A stretch of 30,849 bases of DNA, taken from contig CBFDTJ010000010.1 of assembly GCA_965612865.1 (NCBI GenBank), positions 1 to 30,849 of the forward strand. The letters run 5' to 3'. A program made the position numbers and the translations under genes. Source of the DNA: an uncultured bacterium. GTDB taxonomy: Bacteria > Caldisericota > Caldisericia > B22-G15. The notes below the pieces were generated by a model. That model worked only from the letters and a program-made list of their open reading frames with translations. It had not been told where the DNA came from and ran no database searches. Shown in pieces: positions 19,706 to 28,184 of the stretch (position 1 is the first letter of the stretch; each line of letters begins with the position of its first letter).

Positions 19706-21823
19706 ATGAAGAAAATTGTTTTAAGTGTGTTAGTGATTTTACTTGTTCTCGGCTATTTTTCAGGGACAGTCTCGGCAAGTAATTTATATCAGGTGAAGGT
19801 TACACCTGAAGTACCTGGAGTGGACAATCTTATAAATAACATGGATGCGAGATGGAATATTTTAATTGACAATAGCGGAGGCAACCTTCTAATATCAGGA
19901 GACAGAATCTATATAGAGTTTCCTTCAGGTTTTGATTTAACATATGCAAAATTTGTATCCCTAACTCCAATAACTGCTTCAGGGATTTCTGCTTCTGGCA
20001 GTGGAGTAGTTTTATCAGGAAATCAGATCATAATACCTGTTACCTCTGATCAAATCTCTCTTGGTTCATTCAGGATAAGTATTGAAGGAGTGCATAATCC
20101 AGCAACACCTTCAGGCACTTACATGGTAAGGGTATGGACTACAACATCCACAGGTATAACTCTTGATGGACCAACATACTCAAATCCATTCCTTGTTGTT
20201 TCAAGTTCTTATGGTTACAATCCACCCTATTATCCTCCCACATATCCTTATGTTTCAACGGTGGTTATAACTCCTCAATATGTTAATCTATCAGTTGGTG
20301 CATCCCAGTTATTTACTGCTCAAGCTTATGACTCTTTTGGTAATCCAATGTATGGAGTAACTTACATCTGGAGTGTATTACCAGGTAGTGGAAATGGAAC
20401 TATTACCTCAAATGGATATTTTACTCTAACTTCTCCGGGAACTGTAACAATAAAATGTGAAGTTTTAGGATATGGAGTTGTTGGTTATGCCTATGTAAAC
20501 TCCTACTATCCCTACCCATATCCCCCATACTATCCTTATTATGTTAATAAGGTAGAAATTACTCCAGCATCAGTTAATATGACTCCTGGAAATACACAGG
20601 TTTTCACAGCGCAGGCATATGATCCTTATGGTTATCCTTTAAATGTAACAAATTATGTATGGACTGTAACCCCTGTTACTGCCGGAACCTTTTATGTATC
20701 TTCTGATACCAAAACCCTAACATTCACTCTCTCTTCTTATTCAGGAGTGGTTACAATTTCATGTCGTGTAGATGGAAGTGGGATAGTAGGATACGCTTAT
20801 ATAAATGCTTATACTCCATCTTATACTGATACTATAGTTATCACTCCTCATGATGCATATGTTTCTCTATCTAACCCAACTCAGGTTTTTACCGCTGTAG
20901 GATATGATTCTATTGGAAACATTTTATCAGGAGTTACTTATACATGGACTCTAAATCCGGTTAATGCAGGAACTTTAACTGTGAATCCCTCTGATACAAG
21001 TCAAGTCACGTTTACGCTTAACCCTGCATTTTCTGGAACTGCAGTTCTCTCGTGTAGCACAAGCTATGGTACCCCATCTAAAACAATATATGGATCAAGT
21101 TATATCCACACAAGCTACTATCCACCATACCCACCCTATCCCACAACTTACGGACTCACAATAACTCCTCAAAATGTGAATATGAGTATTGGAGAAACAA
21201 GGAGCTTTACCGCTCAAGCATTTGATTCTTATGGTAACCCTATATATGGACTTACCTACAACTGGAGTATAGTCTCTGGAACTGGTTATATAACTCCAAC
21301 GGGTAGCTCACAGACAATATATTTCACACTTTCCTCTACAGGTGGAGCTGTCCTTAAATGCGAAGTTCCATTTTATGGTTTTGTGGGATATGCTTACATA
21401 AATACATATTTCCTACCGTCACCCCCTGTTTCAGGAGTAACAGTCTCTCCATATCCACCAAAGGCTGGATATACTGCTTCCTACTTCATTTCCTTTAACC
21501 TCTCACCGGCTACTTCACTTTCCACAGGGGACTGGATAATGATCACTTTTCCTGTTGGCACATCGCTTCCATCTGTTATTTCTCCTTCAGATGTAACCAT
21601 AAATTCCACTCCATTAACTTCATATCCAATAATATATCTCTCGTCAAGATCCATACTTCTGTACACACCAATTCCCATAGTTTCAGGTGGAAAGGTGGAC
21701 ATCTCGTTTTCCTATTTCTGCAATATAAGAAACCCATCAAATCCTGGAACATATAACTTATCTGTTTCCACAAGCAAAACTCCGACTCCTGTGATGTCAA
21801 ACCCATACACGATTAACCCGTGA
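19706..21823 (+). CDS. Secreted Tyr/Pro/Ser/Thr-rich protein with four Big_2-like Ig repeats; no stalk domain
   Basis: AAGGAGG just upstream supports ATG 19706 rather than TTG 19688. Signal peptide MKKIVLSVLVILLVLGYFSGTVSA. Four ITP....FTA..YD/FD.. repeats between an N-terminal FPSGFD module and one C-terminal FP/I-x-NP module. Confidence 0.85.
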   Translation: MKKIVLSVLVILLVLGYFSGTVSASNLYQVKVTPEVPGVDNLINNMDARWNILIDNSGGNLLISGDRIYIEFPSGFDLTYAKFVSLTPITASGISASGSGVVLSGNQIIIPVTSDQISLGSFRISIEGVHNPATPSGTYMVRVWTTTSTGITLDGPTYSNPFLVVSSSYGYNPPYYPPTYPYVSTVVITPQYVNLSVGASQLFTAQAYDSFGNPMYGVTYIWSVLPGSGNGTITSNGYFTLTSPGTVTIKCEVLGYGVVGYAYVNSYYPYPYPPYYPYYVNKVEITPASVNMTPGNTQVFTAQAYDPYGYPLNVTNYVWTVTPVTAGTFYVSSDTKTLTFTLSSYSGVVTISCRVDGSGIVGYAYINAYTPSYTDTIVITPHDAYVSLSNPTQVFTAVGYDSIGNILSGVTYTWTLNPVNAGTLTVNPSDTSQVTFTLNPAFSGTAVLSCSTSYGTPSKTIYGSSYIHTSYYPPYPPYPTTYGLTITPQNVNMSIGETRSFTAQAFDSYGNPIYGLTYNWSIVSGTGYITPTGSSQTIYFTLSSTGGAVLKCEVPFYGFVGYAYINTYFLPSPPVSGVTVSPYPPKAGYTASYFISFNLSPATSLSTGDWIMITFPVGTSLPSVISPSDVTINSTPLTSYPIIYLSSRSILLYTPIPIVSGGKVDISFSYFCNIRNPSNPGTYNLSVSTSKTPTPVMSNPYTINP

Positions 21824-22845
21824 AGAGGTTAACCCTTCTCATAATCATAATCCTCCTCCTTTCCTCATGCGGGAAGGAGGAGGTTATAATAAAGGGAAAA
21901 GTAACAAATATCTCAGGTTCCCCTATAGAGGGCGTTAAGGTTGAAATAGAGGATTTGGGGATTTCCCAATTTACAGATAGTGATGGAAGTTTTTTCTTCC
22001 AGGATTCTTTTGAAGAAAAAACCTATATCTTAAGGTTTGAAAAAGAAGGATATAAAACCCTAACAAAAAAGATTGATGCCATAAAAGGTGAGAATAGTGT
22101 AAATGTAACTCTTGAATGCGGTACACTTGAAAGAATTCTAAAGAAGAGGGTTTTTATTGTTGGAATGGATCTTAATAATAAACCCTTTTCTTTCATAGAA
22201 TGTTCGGATAAGCACGGGTTTGATGTAGATTTAATAAGAGAAATAGGAGAGAGAATGTCAGCTTCTCCATTTATTATGAATGTTCCAGAGGATGAACTTC
22301 TTACAGCACTTAAGAATGGCGACATAGATATAGCTGTTTCCTCTCTTGAACCACAAAATGTAGATGGAATATCTTTTTCCGTTCCTTATTTTATTGATGG
22401 TTACAGTGTTGTGATAAGGGAGAGAGAATGGAGAATAAAAACAGGTAGTGATTTGAAAGGGAAAGTCGTAGAGGTTACAGATAGGAAACTTTTAAAGAGA
22501 GTAAAGGAGCTATTCCCTGGAATTAAAAGAATTGAGTATGAAGAAAACCTTGAGAAGGCGATGGCTGATCTTGATAGAGTTTTGGTGGATGCAGTTGTTT
22601 CTCCTTACTCTCTTGCCGCTTATTATTGTAACAGGTATAAGAAGGTGAAGATGGTTGACCACCTCTTCGATGAGAAAAAATATGCCATAGCAGTGAGGAG
22701 TTCTGATGAAAAACTGTTAGAAAGAATAGACGAAATACTTTTAGAAATGTTTGAGGACGGTACCTACAATGAAATTTTTTCAAAGTGGTTCTATCCACTT
22801 GACAGTACCAGGATAGTATCTTATAATAAGAAGAGAAATGAATAG
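21820..22845 (+). CDS. Lipoprotein: carboxypeptidase-regulatory-like beta-sandwich fused to a family 3 (polar amino acid type) solute-binding domain
   Basis: Lipobox LLLSSC. IKGKVTNISGSPIEGVKVEI...TDSDGSF...FEKEGYK, then PFSF...GFDVDLIREI...ALKNGDIDIAVS...FSVPY...DGTYNEIFSKWF. GTG start overlaps the upstream TGA. Confidence 0.8.
   Translation: MKRLTLLIIIILLLSSCGKEEVIIKGKVTNISGSPIEGVKVEIEDLGISQFTDSDGSFFFQDSFEEKTYILRFEKEGYKTLTKKIDAIKGENSVNVTLECGTLERILKKRVFIVGMDLNNKPFSFIECSDKHGFDVDLIREIGERMSASPFIMNVPEDELLTALKNGDIDIAVSSLEPQNVDGISFSVPYFIDGYSVVIREREWRIKTGSDLKGKVVEVTDRKLLKRVKELFPGIKRIEYEENLEKAMADLDRVLVDAVVSPYSLAAYYCNRYKKVKMVDHLFDEKKYAIAVRSSDEKLLERIDEILLEMFEDGTYNEIFSKWFYPLDSTRIVSYNKKRNE
22799..22827 (+). 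promoter_or_regulatory. Perfect-consensus sigma70/sigmaA promoter inside the 3' end of the lipoprotein gene
   Basis: TTGACA (22799-22804), 17-nt spacer, TATAAT (22822-22827); ATG of the M23 gene at 22838. Confidence 0.8.
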
Positions 22846-23779
22846 AAAAAAAGACAAAGAATTCTCTCTTATAATAGTACCAAATGGAAGGGGAAAGGTT
22901 AAACTTTTAAAATTTAATACAACTCATTTGTATATATTTTTCTCATTGATAGTTGCATTTTTAATCTTTACATCATTTATATTCATTGATTATGGTAGAA
23001 CAAAGAATATCCTTTATGTGCTGAGGACAAAAAACCTTAACACTCTCTCAGAAGTAAGGAGTAAAGAGATAGAACTTCTTCAGAAAGAGGTTGCAGAGCA
23101 GTCGGCAAAGATAGATGCTTTCGAAGAGTACATAGCCTACCTATCCTCTCTCGGATTGGAAGTTAAAAAGATGGCTATGATACCTGGTGTGCCTGTTAGC
23201 GTTGAGGAGCTATTTCAACAGAAGAAAAAGGAAATTACCTATACACTGGAAGGGGCAGAAGCTAAAGTTGTAGAAAACCAGATTAAGATAAAAGGCCTTG
23301 AAGAGCAGGCAAAGAATGTAGAAATGTCGCTTTCTGCTTTAAAAGAGGCACTTAAGGAATATAATGATATTTTAGATCACACCCCCAACATATGGCCTGT
23401 TATTGGTCCTATTGAATCAGATTTTGGGTGGAGAACTCATCCAGTCTATAAAACACCAGATTATCATACCGGTGTAGATATAGATGCCATTGAAGGTACC
23501 CCTGTTAGAGCAGCAGCTTCTGGAGTTGTTACTCTCTCAGGCTGGAATGGTGGGTATGGGATAGAAGTGGAGATAGTGCATAGAAAGGGATTATCCACAG
23601 TATATGGTCACCTCTTAAAGTCGCTTGTAAAACCAGGTCAGAAAGTAAAGAAGGGTGAAATAATTGGTTATGTTGGAATGACTGGAGTAGCAACTGGCCC
23701 CCATCTTCATTACGAAGTAAGGGTTAATGGATTACCAGTAGATCCAATGCCATATCTTCCAGGAGCATCAAATCCATAA
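22838..23779 (+). CDS. M23 family metallopeptidase (membrane anchor + coiled coil + LytM domain)
   Basis: N-terminal hydrophobic helix, Glu/Lys-rich coiled coil, WPVIGPIESDFGWRTHP, zinc ligands HTGVD and HLHYEV, STVYGHL. Confidence 0.93.
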   Translation: MNRKKDKEFSLIIVPNGRGKVKLLKFNTTHLYIFFSLIVAFLIFTSFIFIDYGRTKNILYVLRTKNLNTLSEVRSKEIELLQKEVAEQSAKIDAFEEYIAYLSSLGLEVKKMAMIPGVPVSVEELFQQKKKEITYTLEGAEAKVVENQIKIKGLEEQAKNVEMSLSALKEALKEYNDILDHTPNIWPVIGPIESDFGWRTHPVYKTPDYHTGVDIDAIEGTPVRAAASGVVTLSGWNGGYGIEVEIVHRKGLSTVYGHLLKSLVKPGQKVKKGEIIGYVGMTGVATGPHLHYEVRVNGLPVDPMPYLPGASNP

Positions 23780-23788
23780 AATAAATAC

Positions 23789-23816
23789 TTGACACATCTA
23801 AAAATTTATATATAAT
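23789..23816 (+). promoter_or_regulatory. Sigma70/sigmaA promoter of the aro operon
   Basis: TTGACA (23789-23794), 16-nt spacer, TATAAT (23811-23816). Confidence 0.8.
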
Positions 23817-23826
23817 GTAATCAATT

Positions 23827-23868
23827 ATGTTTGTAATGAGTTTTACATATTATTATTTATTAAGGTGA
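23827..23868 (+). CDS. Putative attenuator leader peptide MFVMSFTYYYLLR
   Basis: ATG TTT GTA ATG AGT TTT ACA TAT TAT TAT TTA TTA AGG TGA: 2 Phe and 3 consecutive Tyr codons, between the promoter and terminator of an aromatic amino acid operon. Confidence 0.7.
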   Translation: MFVMSFTYYYLLR

Positions 23869-23911
23869 GGTTCAGGAGAAGGATTTCTCCTAATCCTGGA
23901 TTTCACCTTAA
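23860..23911 (+). promoter_or_regulatory. Long leader RNA hairpin overlapping the leader peptide stop codon
   Basis: TTAAGGTGAGGTTCAGGA (23860-23877) pairs over 18 positions, three of them G-U, with TCCTGGATTTCACCTTAA (23894-23911). An alternative inner stem GGAGAA/TTCTCC is also possible. Confidence 0.75.
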
Positions 23912-23940
23912 GCCCACAATTTGTGGGCTTTTTTATTTTT
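23910..23940 (+). terminator. Intrinsic terminator (attenuator) upstream of aroH
   Basis: AAGCCCACA-att-TGTGGGCTT followed by TTTTATTTTT, immediately before SD AGGAGG (23941-23946). Confidence 0.88.
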
Positions 23941-23951
23941 AGGAGGCAAAA

Positions 23952-24311
23952 ATGAGGATTGTAAGAGGAGCGACCTGTGTTGAAGAGAACTCAACTGAAG
24001 AGATAACAAAAAAAACACAGGAGCTTTTTAGCGAGATACTCAGAAGAAACAATTTGTCTAATAGGGATATTCTTGGAATTATTTTCACGATGACTAAAGA
24101 TCTCACAAAGGTTTTTCCTTCCAGGGTTGTTAGAGAAAACTTTGAGCTCTCCCATACTCCTCTTCTTGATCTCGAACACAAATTTGTTGAAGGAGCAATG
24201 GATAAATGCATAAGGGTTATGGTTTTCGTTGATACAGACAAGGATCTTGAGCCAGTCTATCTTCATAGGGCGAAAAGTCTTAGAGAAGATATTTTTGGAG
24301 GCCGTAAGTGA
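23952..24311 (+). CDS. aroH: Chorismate mutase, AroH class
   Basis: [14 protein letters not shown]...[13 protein letters not shown]...KCIRVMV...[12 protein letters not shown]; strong SD. Confidence 0.93.
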   Translation: MRIVRGATCVEENSTEEITKKTQELFSEILRRNNLSNRDILGIIFTMTKDLTKVFPSRVVRENFELSHTPLLDLEHKFVEGAMDKCIRVMVFVDTDKDLEPVYLHRAKSLREDIFGGRK

Positions 24312-25324
24312 TTCTCATTTTAAAGAAAAATCTTAATGAGGAAGATATCCAAAGGATAATTGAAAGGGTAAGGGAAGCCGGGTTAACTCCCCATATCTCA
24401 AAGGGTGAAGAGAGAATCATAATAGGACTCATAGGTGACTCAAGGGCAAAGGATAGGGAGTATTGGTTGAATATGAATGGTGTTGAGGATGCTATAAGAA
24501 TTTTAAGACCATTTAAGTTAGCCAGTAGAGAATTCAGAAAGAAAAACACAGTTGTTAAAGTTGATGGTATTGAAATAGGTGGCAAGGGAGTCGTTGTAAT
24601 GGCTGGTCCATGTTCTGTTGAAGGAAGAAAACAAATACTAAATATAGCGAAGATAGTTAAGGATTTAGGGGCAAAAATTTTAAGAGGAGGCGCATTTAAA
24701 CCCAGAACTTCACCATATAGTTTTAGAGGTCTGGGAAGGGAAGGGCTCTTGTATTTAAAGGAGGCAAAGGAGAAATTTGGTTTGCCAATTGTTACAGAGG
24801 CAATGTCTATTGAACAACTTGATCTGGTTGCAGAGTATGCTGACATAATTCAAATTGGTGCAAGGAATATGCAGAATTTCTCCTTGCTTGAAGCTGTTGG
24901 TAAGATAGAAAAACCGGTTCTACTTAAAAGAGGAATGTCTGCAAAGATTGAGGAATTTCTTCTTGCAGCAGAGTATATTCTTTCAAATGGAAACAGAGAT
25001 GTTATTCTTTGCGAAAGAGGTATTAGGACATTTGAGACATACACAAGAAATACCCTTGATATATCTGCTATTCCTCTTTTAAAATCAATAACGCACCTTC
25101 CAGTAATTGTTGATCCATCGCACGCTACAGGAAAAAGGGAACTTGTAACTCCAGTTTCTCTTGCTTCAATTGCTGCAGGTGCAGACGGTCTTCTTATTGA
25201 AGTTCATCCTGAACCAGAAAAGGCTCTATCTGATGGTCTTCAATCTCTGTATCCTCATCAGTTTAAAGAACTAATGAGAAAGGGTAAGGTGATAAGTGAA
25301 GCAATTGGAAGATCCATTCTTTAG
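24308..25324 (+). CDS. aroF: DAHP synthase type I-beta with N-terminal ACT/ferredoxin-like regulatory domain
   Basis: [67 protein letters not shown]; ~65-aa N-terminal extension ([16 protein letters not shown]). Confidence 0.95.
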   Translation: MILILKKNLNEEDIQRIIERVREAGLTPHISKGEERIIIGLIGDSRAKDREYWLNMNGVEDAIRILRPFKLASREFRKKNTVVKVDGIEIGGKGVVVMAGPCSVEGRKQILNIAKIVKDLGAKILRGGAFKPRTSPYSFRGLGREGLLYLKEAKEKFGLPIVTEAMSIEQLDLVAEYADIIQIGARNMQNFSLLEAVGKIEKPVLLKRGMSAKIEEFLLAAEYILSNGNRDVILCERGIRTFETYTRNTLDISAIPLLKSITHLPVIVDPSHATGKRELVTPVSLASIAAGADGLLIEVHPEPEKALSDGLQSLYPHQFKELMRKGKVISEAIGRSIL

Positions 25325-26135
25325 TATTTTTATAATTGGTCTCGGGCTTGTAGGCGGATCCATTGGTCTTTCTCTAAAAGGGGAATGGGTAAGATATGGA
25401 TATGATGTAGACAAGAATGTTGAGAGAAAAGCTTTAGAAGTTGGTGCAATTGACAAATCTGTTCCACTTGAGGAAGGATTAAAATCAGATATAGTTGTTA
25501 TCTCAATTCCTGTCCAATTCATACCTTATTTTATAAGAGAAAACAGGGATAAATTTTATAAAAATTCAATTCTTATGGACACAGGAAGCACAAAGAGAGT
25601 TGTCATTGAAGAGATGAGAAAGGTGGATTCATTCTTTATTGGAGGACATCCCATTGCAGGGAAAGAGAAGGGTGGAATAGAAAATGTAGATCCATACCTC
25701 TTTAATGGCAAAATTTTTGCTCTTACAGAAGAAAATAATCTTACAGAAGAAAAAAAGAGAATTGTCTTAAAATTTGTTAGAGATATAGGTAGTTTTCCTG
25801 TATTCATTTCAGCTAATGATCATGATTATATCCTTGGACTCACAAGTCATCTTCCATATATTGTTTCCTTGTCTCTCTTTTATTACCTCATGAAGAAAGA
25901 AAAGGGTAAAGATAAAATTTTTAACCTTGCAGGAAGTGGGCTTAAGGATACTACAAGAATTTCCAGTGGAGATCCCGTTATGTCTTACGGAATGGTTAAA
26001 ACAAACTTTGATTATGTTAAAAGGTTTGTGTTTGAGTACATAGAGACCCTCAAGGAAGTTATTGAGATTCTTGAGAAAGAAAAACTCGAGGAACTCGCAG
26101 AGAATGTAAAAAAGAGGAGGGATGAGATATGGTAA
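25296..26135 (+). CDS. tyrA: Prephenate/arogenate dehydrogenase
   Basis: [34 protein letters not shown]....[16 protein letters not shown]. Confidence 0.93.
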   Translation: MKQLEDPFFSIFIIGLGLVGGSIGLSLKGEWVRYGYDVDKNVERKALEVGAIDKSVPLEEGLKSDIVVISIPVQFIPYFIRENRDKFYKNSILMDTGSTKRVVIEEMRKVDSFFIGGHPIAGKEKGGIENVDPYLFNGKIFALTEENNLTEEKKRIVLKFVRDIGSFPVFISANDHDYILGLTSHLPYIVSLSLFYYLMKKEKGKDKIFNLAGSGLKDTTRISSGDPVMSYGMVKTNFDYVKRFVFEYIETLKEVIEILEKEKLEELAENVKKRRDEIW

Positions 26136-27412
26136 TGATTGAGCCAATAAAAGGAGTTTGTGGAGAAATATCACTTCCAGGAGATAAGTCAATAACACAC
26201 AGAAGTTTTATATTTTCCTCTATAGCAGAAGGTTTTTCATTTATAAAAAATCCAAATACAGGAGAGGATGCTTTAAGAACTCTTAAAATAATGCAAAAAA
26301 TTGGTGCCGAAATTTCTTTCGAAGATAAAACTATTAAAATTAAAGGTATTGGCATCTCTGGAATAAAGGAGCCAGATGATGTTCTTAATGCAGGGAATTC
26401 AGGAACAACCATCAGACTCCTTTCCGGGCTCTTTTCAGGAATTACAGGGAAACTTTTTGTAATTACAGGAGATTCTTCATTGAGAAAAAGACCAATGAGA
26501 AGGATTGTAGAACCTATAAGACTTATGGGTGGTTTTATAACCGGAAGAAGAAATGGTGAGTTCCCGCCTCTTGTAATAGTTGGAAGAAGACTTAAAGGTA
26601 TAGAGTATGAACCAGAAAAACCATCAGCTCAGGTTAAAAGTGCTCTAATTCTTGCAGGTTTAAATGCTTAGGGAGGGACAACTATTTTAGAAAGAATAAG
26701 AACAAGAGACCACACAGAGATAATGCTCAAGGCCTTTGGAGGAAAGGTCTCTATTGAGGATAAAAAAATTACTGTATTTCCAGTTGAAAAACTTTATGGT
26801 AGGGAAATTATTATTCCGGGAGATTTTTCTTCTGCTTCATATTTCATTGTATTAACGCTTCTTTTAAGTAATAGTGAATTAGTTATAAAGAATGTATCAT
26901 TAAACCCAACGCGAATTTACTTAATTCATGTTTTAAGAAGAGAAGGGGCAAGTATCGAGATTTTAAATGAAAAGGTGAAAAATGGTGAGAGATTTGGCGA
27001 TATCTATATTAAATCGAGCAATCTTTCAAAAATCTATATTTCAAGAAATGAAGCACCTTTACTTATTGATGAACTCCCTTTAATAGGTATTATGGGTACG
27101 TTTTTGGAGGAGGGTGTCAAAGTTGAGGGAGCAGAGGAGCTTAGAGTAAAAGAGAGTGACAGGATAAAACTTGTTGTAGAAAATTTAAGAAATCTGGGTG
27201 TTCTTGCTTATGAGTTTTCAGATGGATTCTACGTTAAAAGGGGAAATGTGAAAAGAGGTGTTGTTAAGACAGGGTTTGATCATAGAATTGCTCTCTCTTT
27301 TTCAATTTTAGGATTTCTTTCAAAAGAGGGAATTTATCTTGAAGAGGCGGAGTCAATTAAAATTTCTTTTCCCAACTTTTTTGATATTGCAAGGAGGGCA
27401 GGTTATGGATAA
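26129..27412 (+). pseudogene. aroA: EPSP synthase (class II) interrupted by one in-frame TAG at 26669-26671
   Basis: The two track ORFs (26129..26671 and 26723..27412) are in the same frame, joined by TAG-GGTTILERIRTRDHTEI. Motifs PGDKSITHR, GNSGTT, LRKRPM, SAQVKS, RDHTE, PGDFSSA, NPTR, IDELP, ELRVKESDRI, DHRIA. Pseudogene, sequence error and readthrough cannot be told apart here. Confidence 0.85.
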
Positions 27413-28184
27413 ATTTTATCTTTTAGGCTCTCCTATCTCCCACTCTTTTTCTCCGAAGATTTATAAAAGACTCTTTAAACTTATAGGAAAGGATGCAGAA
27501 TACACTCTTCTTGAGACTAAAAAAGAAGAGCTTGAATTAAGAATTGAAGAAATTCTTGATGCTGCCAGAAATACAAAAGGTTTTAATCTAACTCAGCCAC
27601 TGAAGGAAGAGATTTTGAAGTTTGATGTTTATCTTACAGGGATTGCAAAAGAAACAGGGTCTGTGAACTGCGTTAAGGTTAAAGATGGGAGATTGTATGG
27701 ATTTAATACAGATTATTCAGGATTTAAGAGAAGCATTATACCCTCTCTGGAATATATAAAAGGAAAAGACGCAGTTATCTTTGGTGCCGGAGGAGCCTCC
27801 AGATCTGTAATAAAAGCTTTAATAGATATTGGAATAGGTAATATTTTTGTCATAAACAGAACATACAAGAGAGCCCTTGACCTCAAGGAGTTATTTCAGG
27901 ACAGGATAATTCCGGTTAAATTTTACGAAGCAGAAGATGTTGTTAAAAGAAGCAAGTTTATTGTGAATGCAACGACAGTAGGACTCGATGGTAAAGGGGC
28001 TCTAATTAAAGAACCATGGATAAGTAAAGATCAAATTCTTTACGACCTTATATATAATCCAAAAGAAACTGAATTTTTGAGGATCGGAAGGGAAAGAGGA
28101 GCCAGAGTTAAAAATGGTTTTACCATGCTCTATTTTCAATGCATTGATAATATAAGAATCTGGTATGGAGGGGAAGGATGTTAA
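27405..28184 (+). CDS. aroE: Shikimate dehydrogenase
   Basis: SD AAGGAGG (27391-27397) supports ATG 27405 rather than TTG 27339. GSPISHSFSP, NLTQPLKE, GFNTDYSGF, GAGGAS, INRT, VNATTVG, DLIYNPKET. Confidence 0.93.
   Translation: MDKFYLLGSPISHSFSPKIYKRLFKLIGKDAEYTLLETKKEELELRIEEILDAARNTKGFNLTQPLKEEILKFDVYLTGIAKETGSVNCVKVKDGRLYGFNTDYSGFKRSIIPSLEYIKGKDAVIFGAGGASRSVIKALIDIGIGNIFVINRTYKRALDLKELFQDRIIPVKFYEAEDVVKRSKFIVNATTVGLDGKGALIKEPWISKDQILYDLIYNPKETEFLRIGRERGARVKNGFTMLYFQCIDNIRIWYGGEGC

Noticed and set aside
23820..23945. T-box riboswitch upstream of the aro operon
   Set aside because: The leader is short (~125 nt) and lacks the GGTGGNACC T-box motif; a leader peptide explains it better.
1544..26412. 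All short minus-strand ORFs and the out-of-frame plus ORF 18133..18330
   Set aside because: They lie on top of long, motif-bearing plus-strand genes and have no recognisable features.
26129..27412. Two separate genes or a frameshift in aroA
   Set aside because: Both ORFs are in the same frame and the gap encodes conserved AroA sequence.
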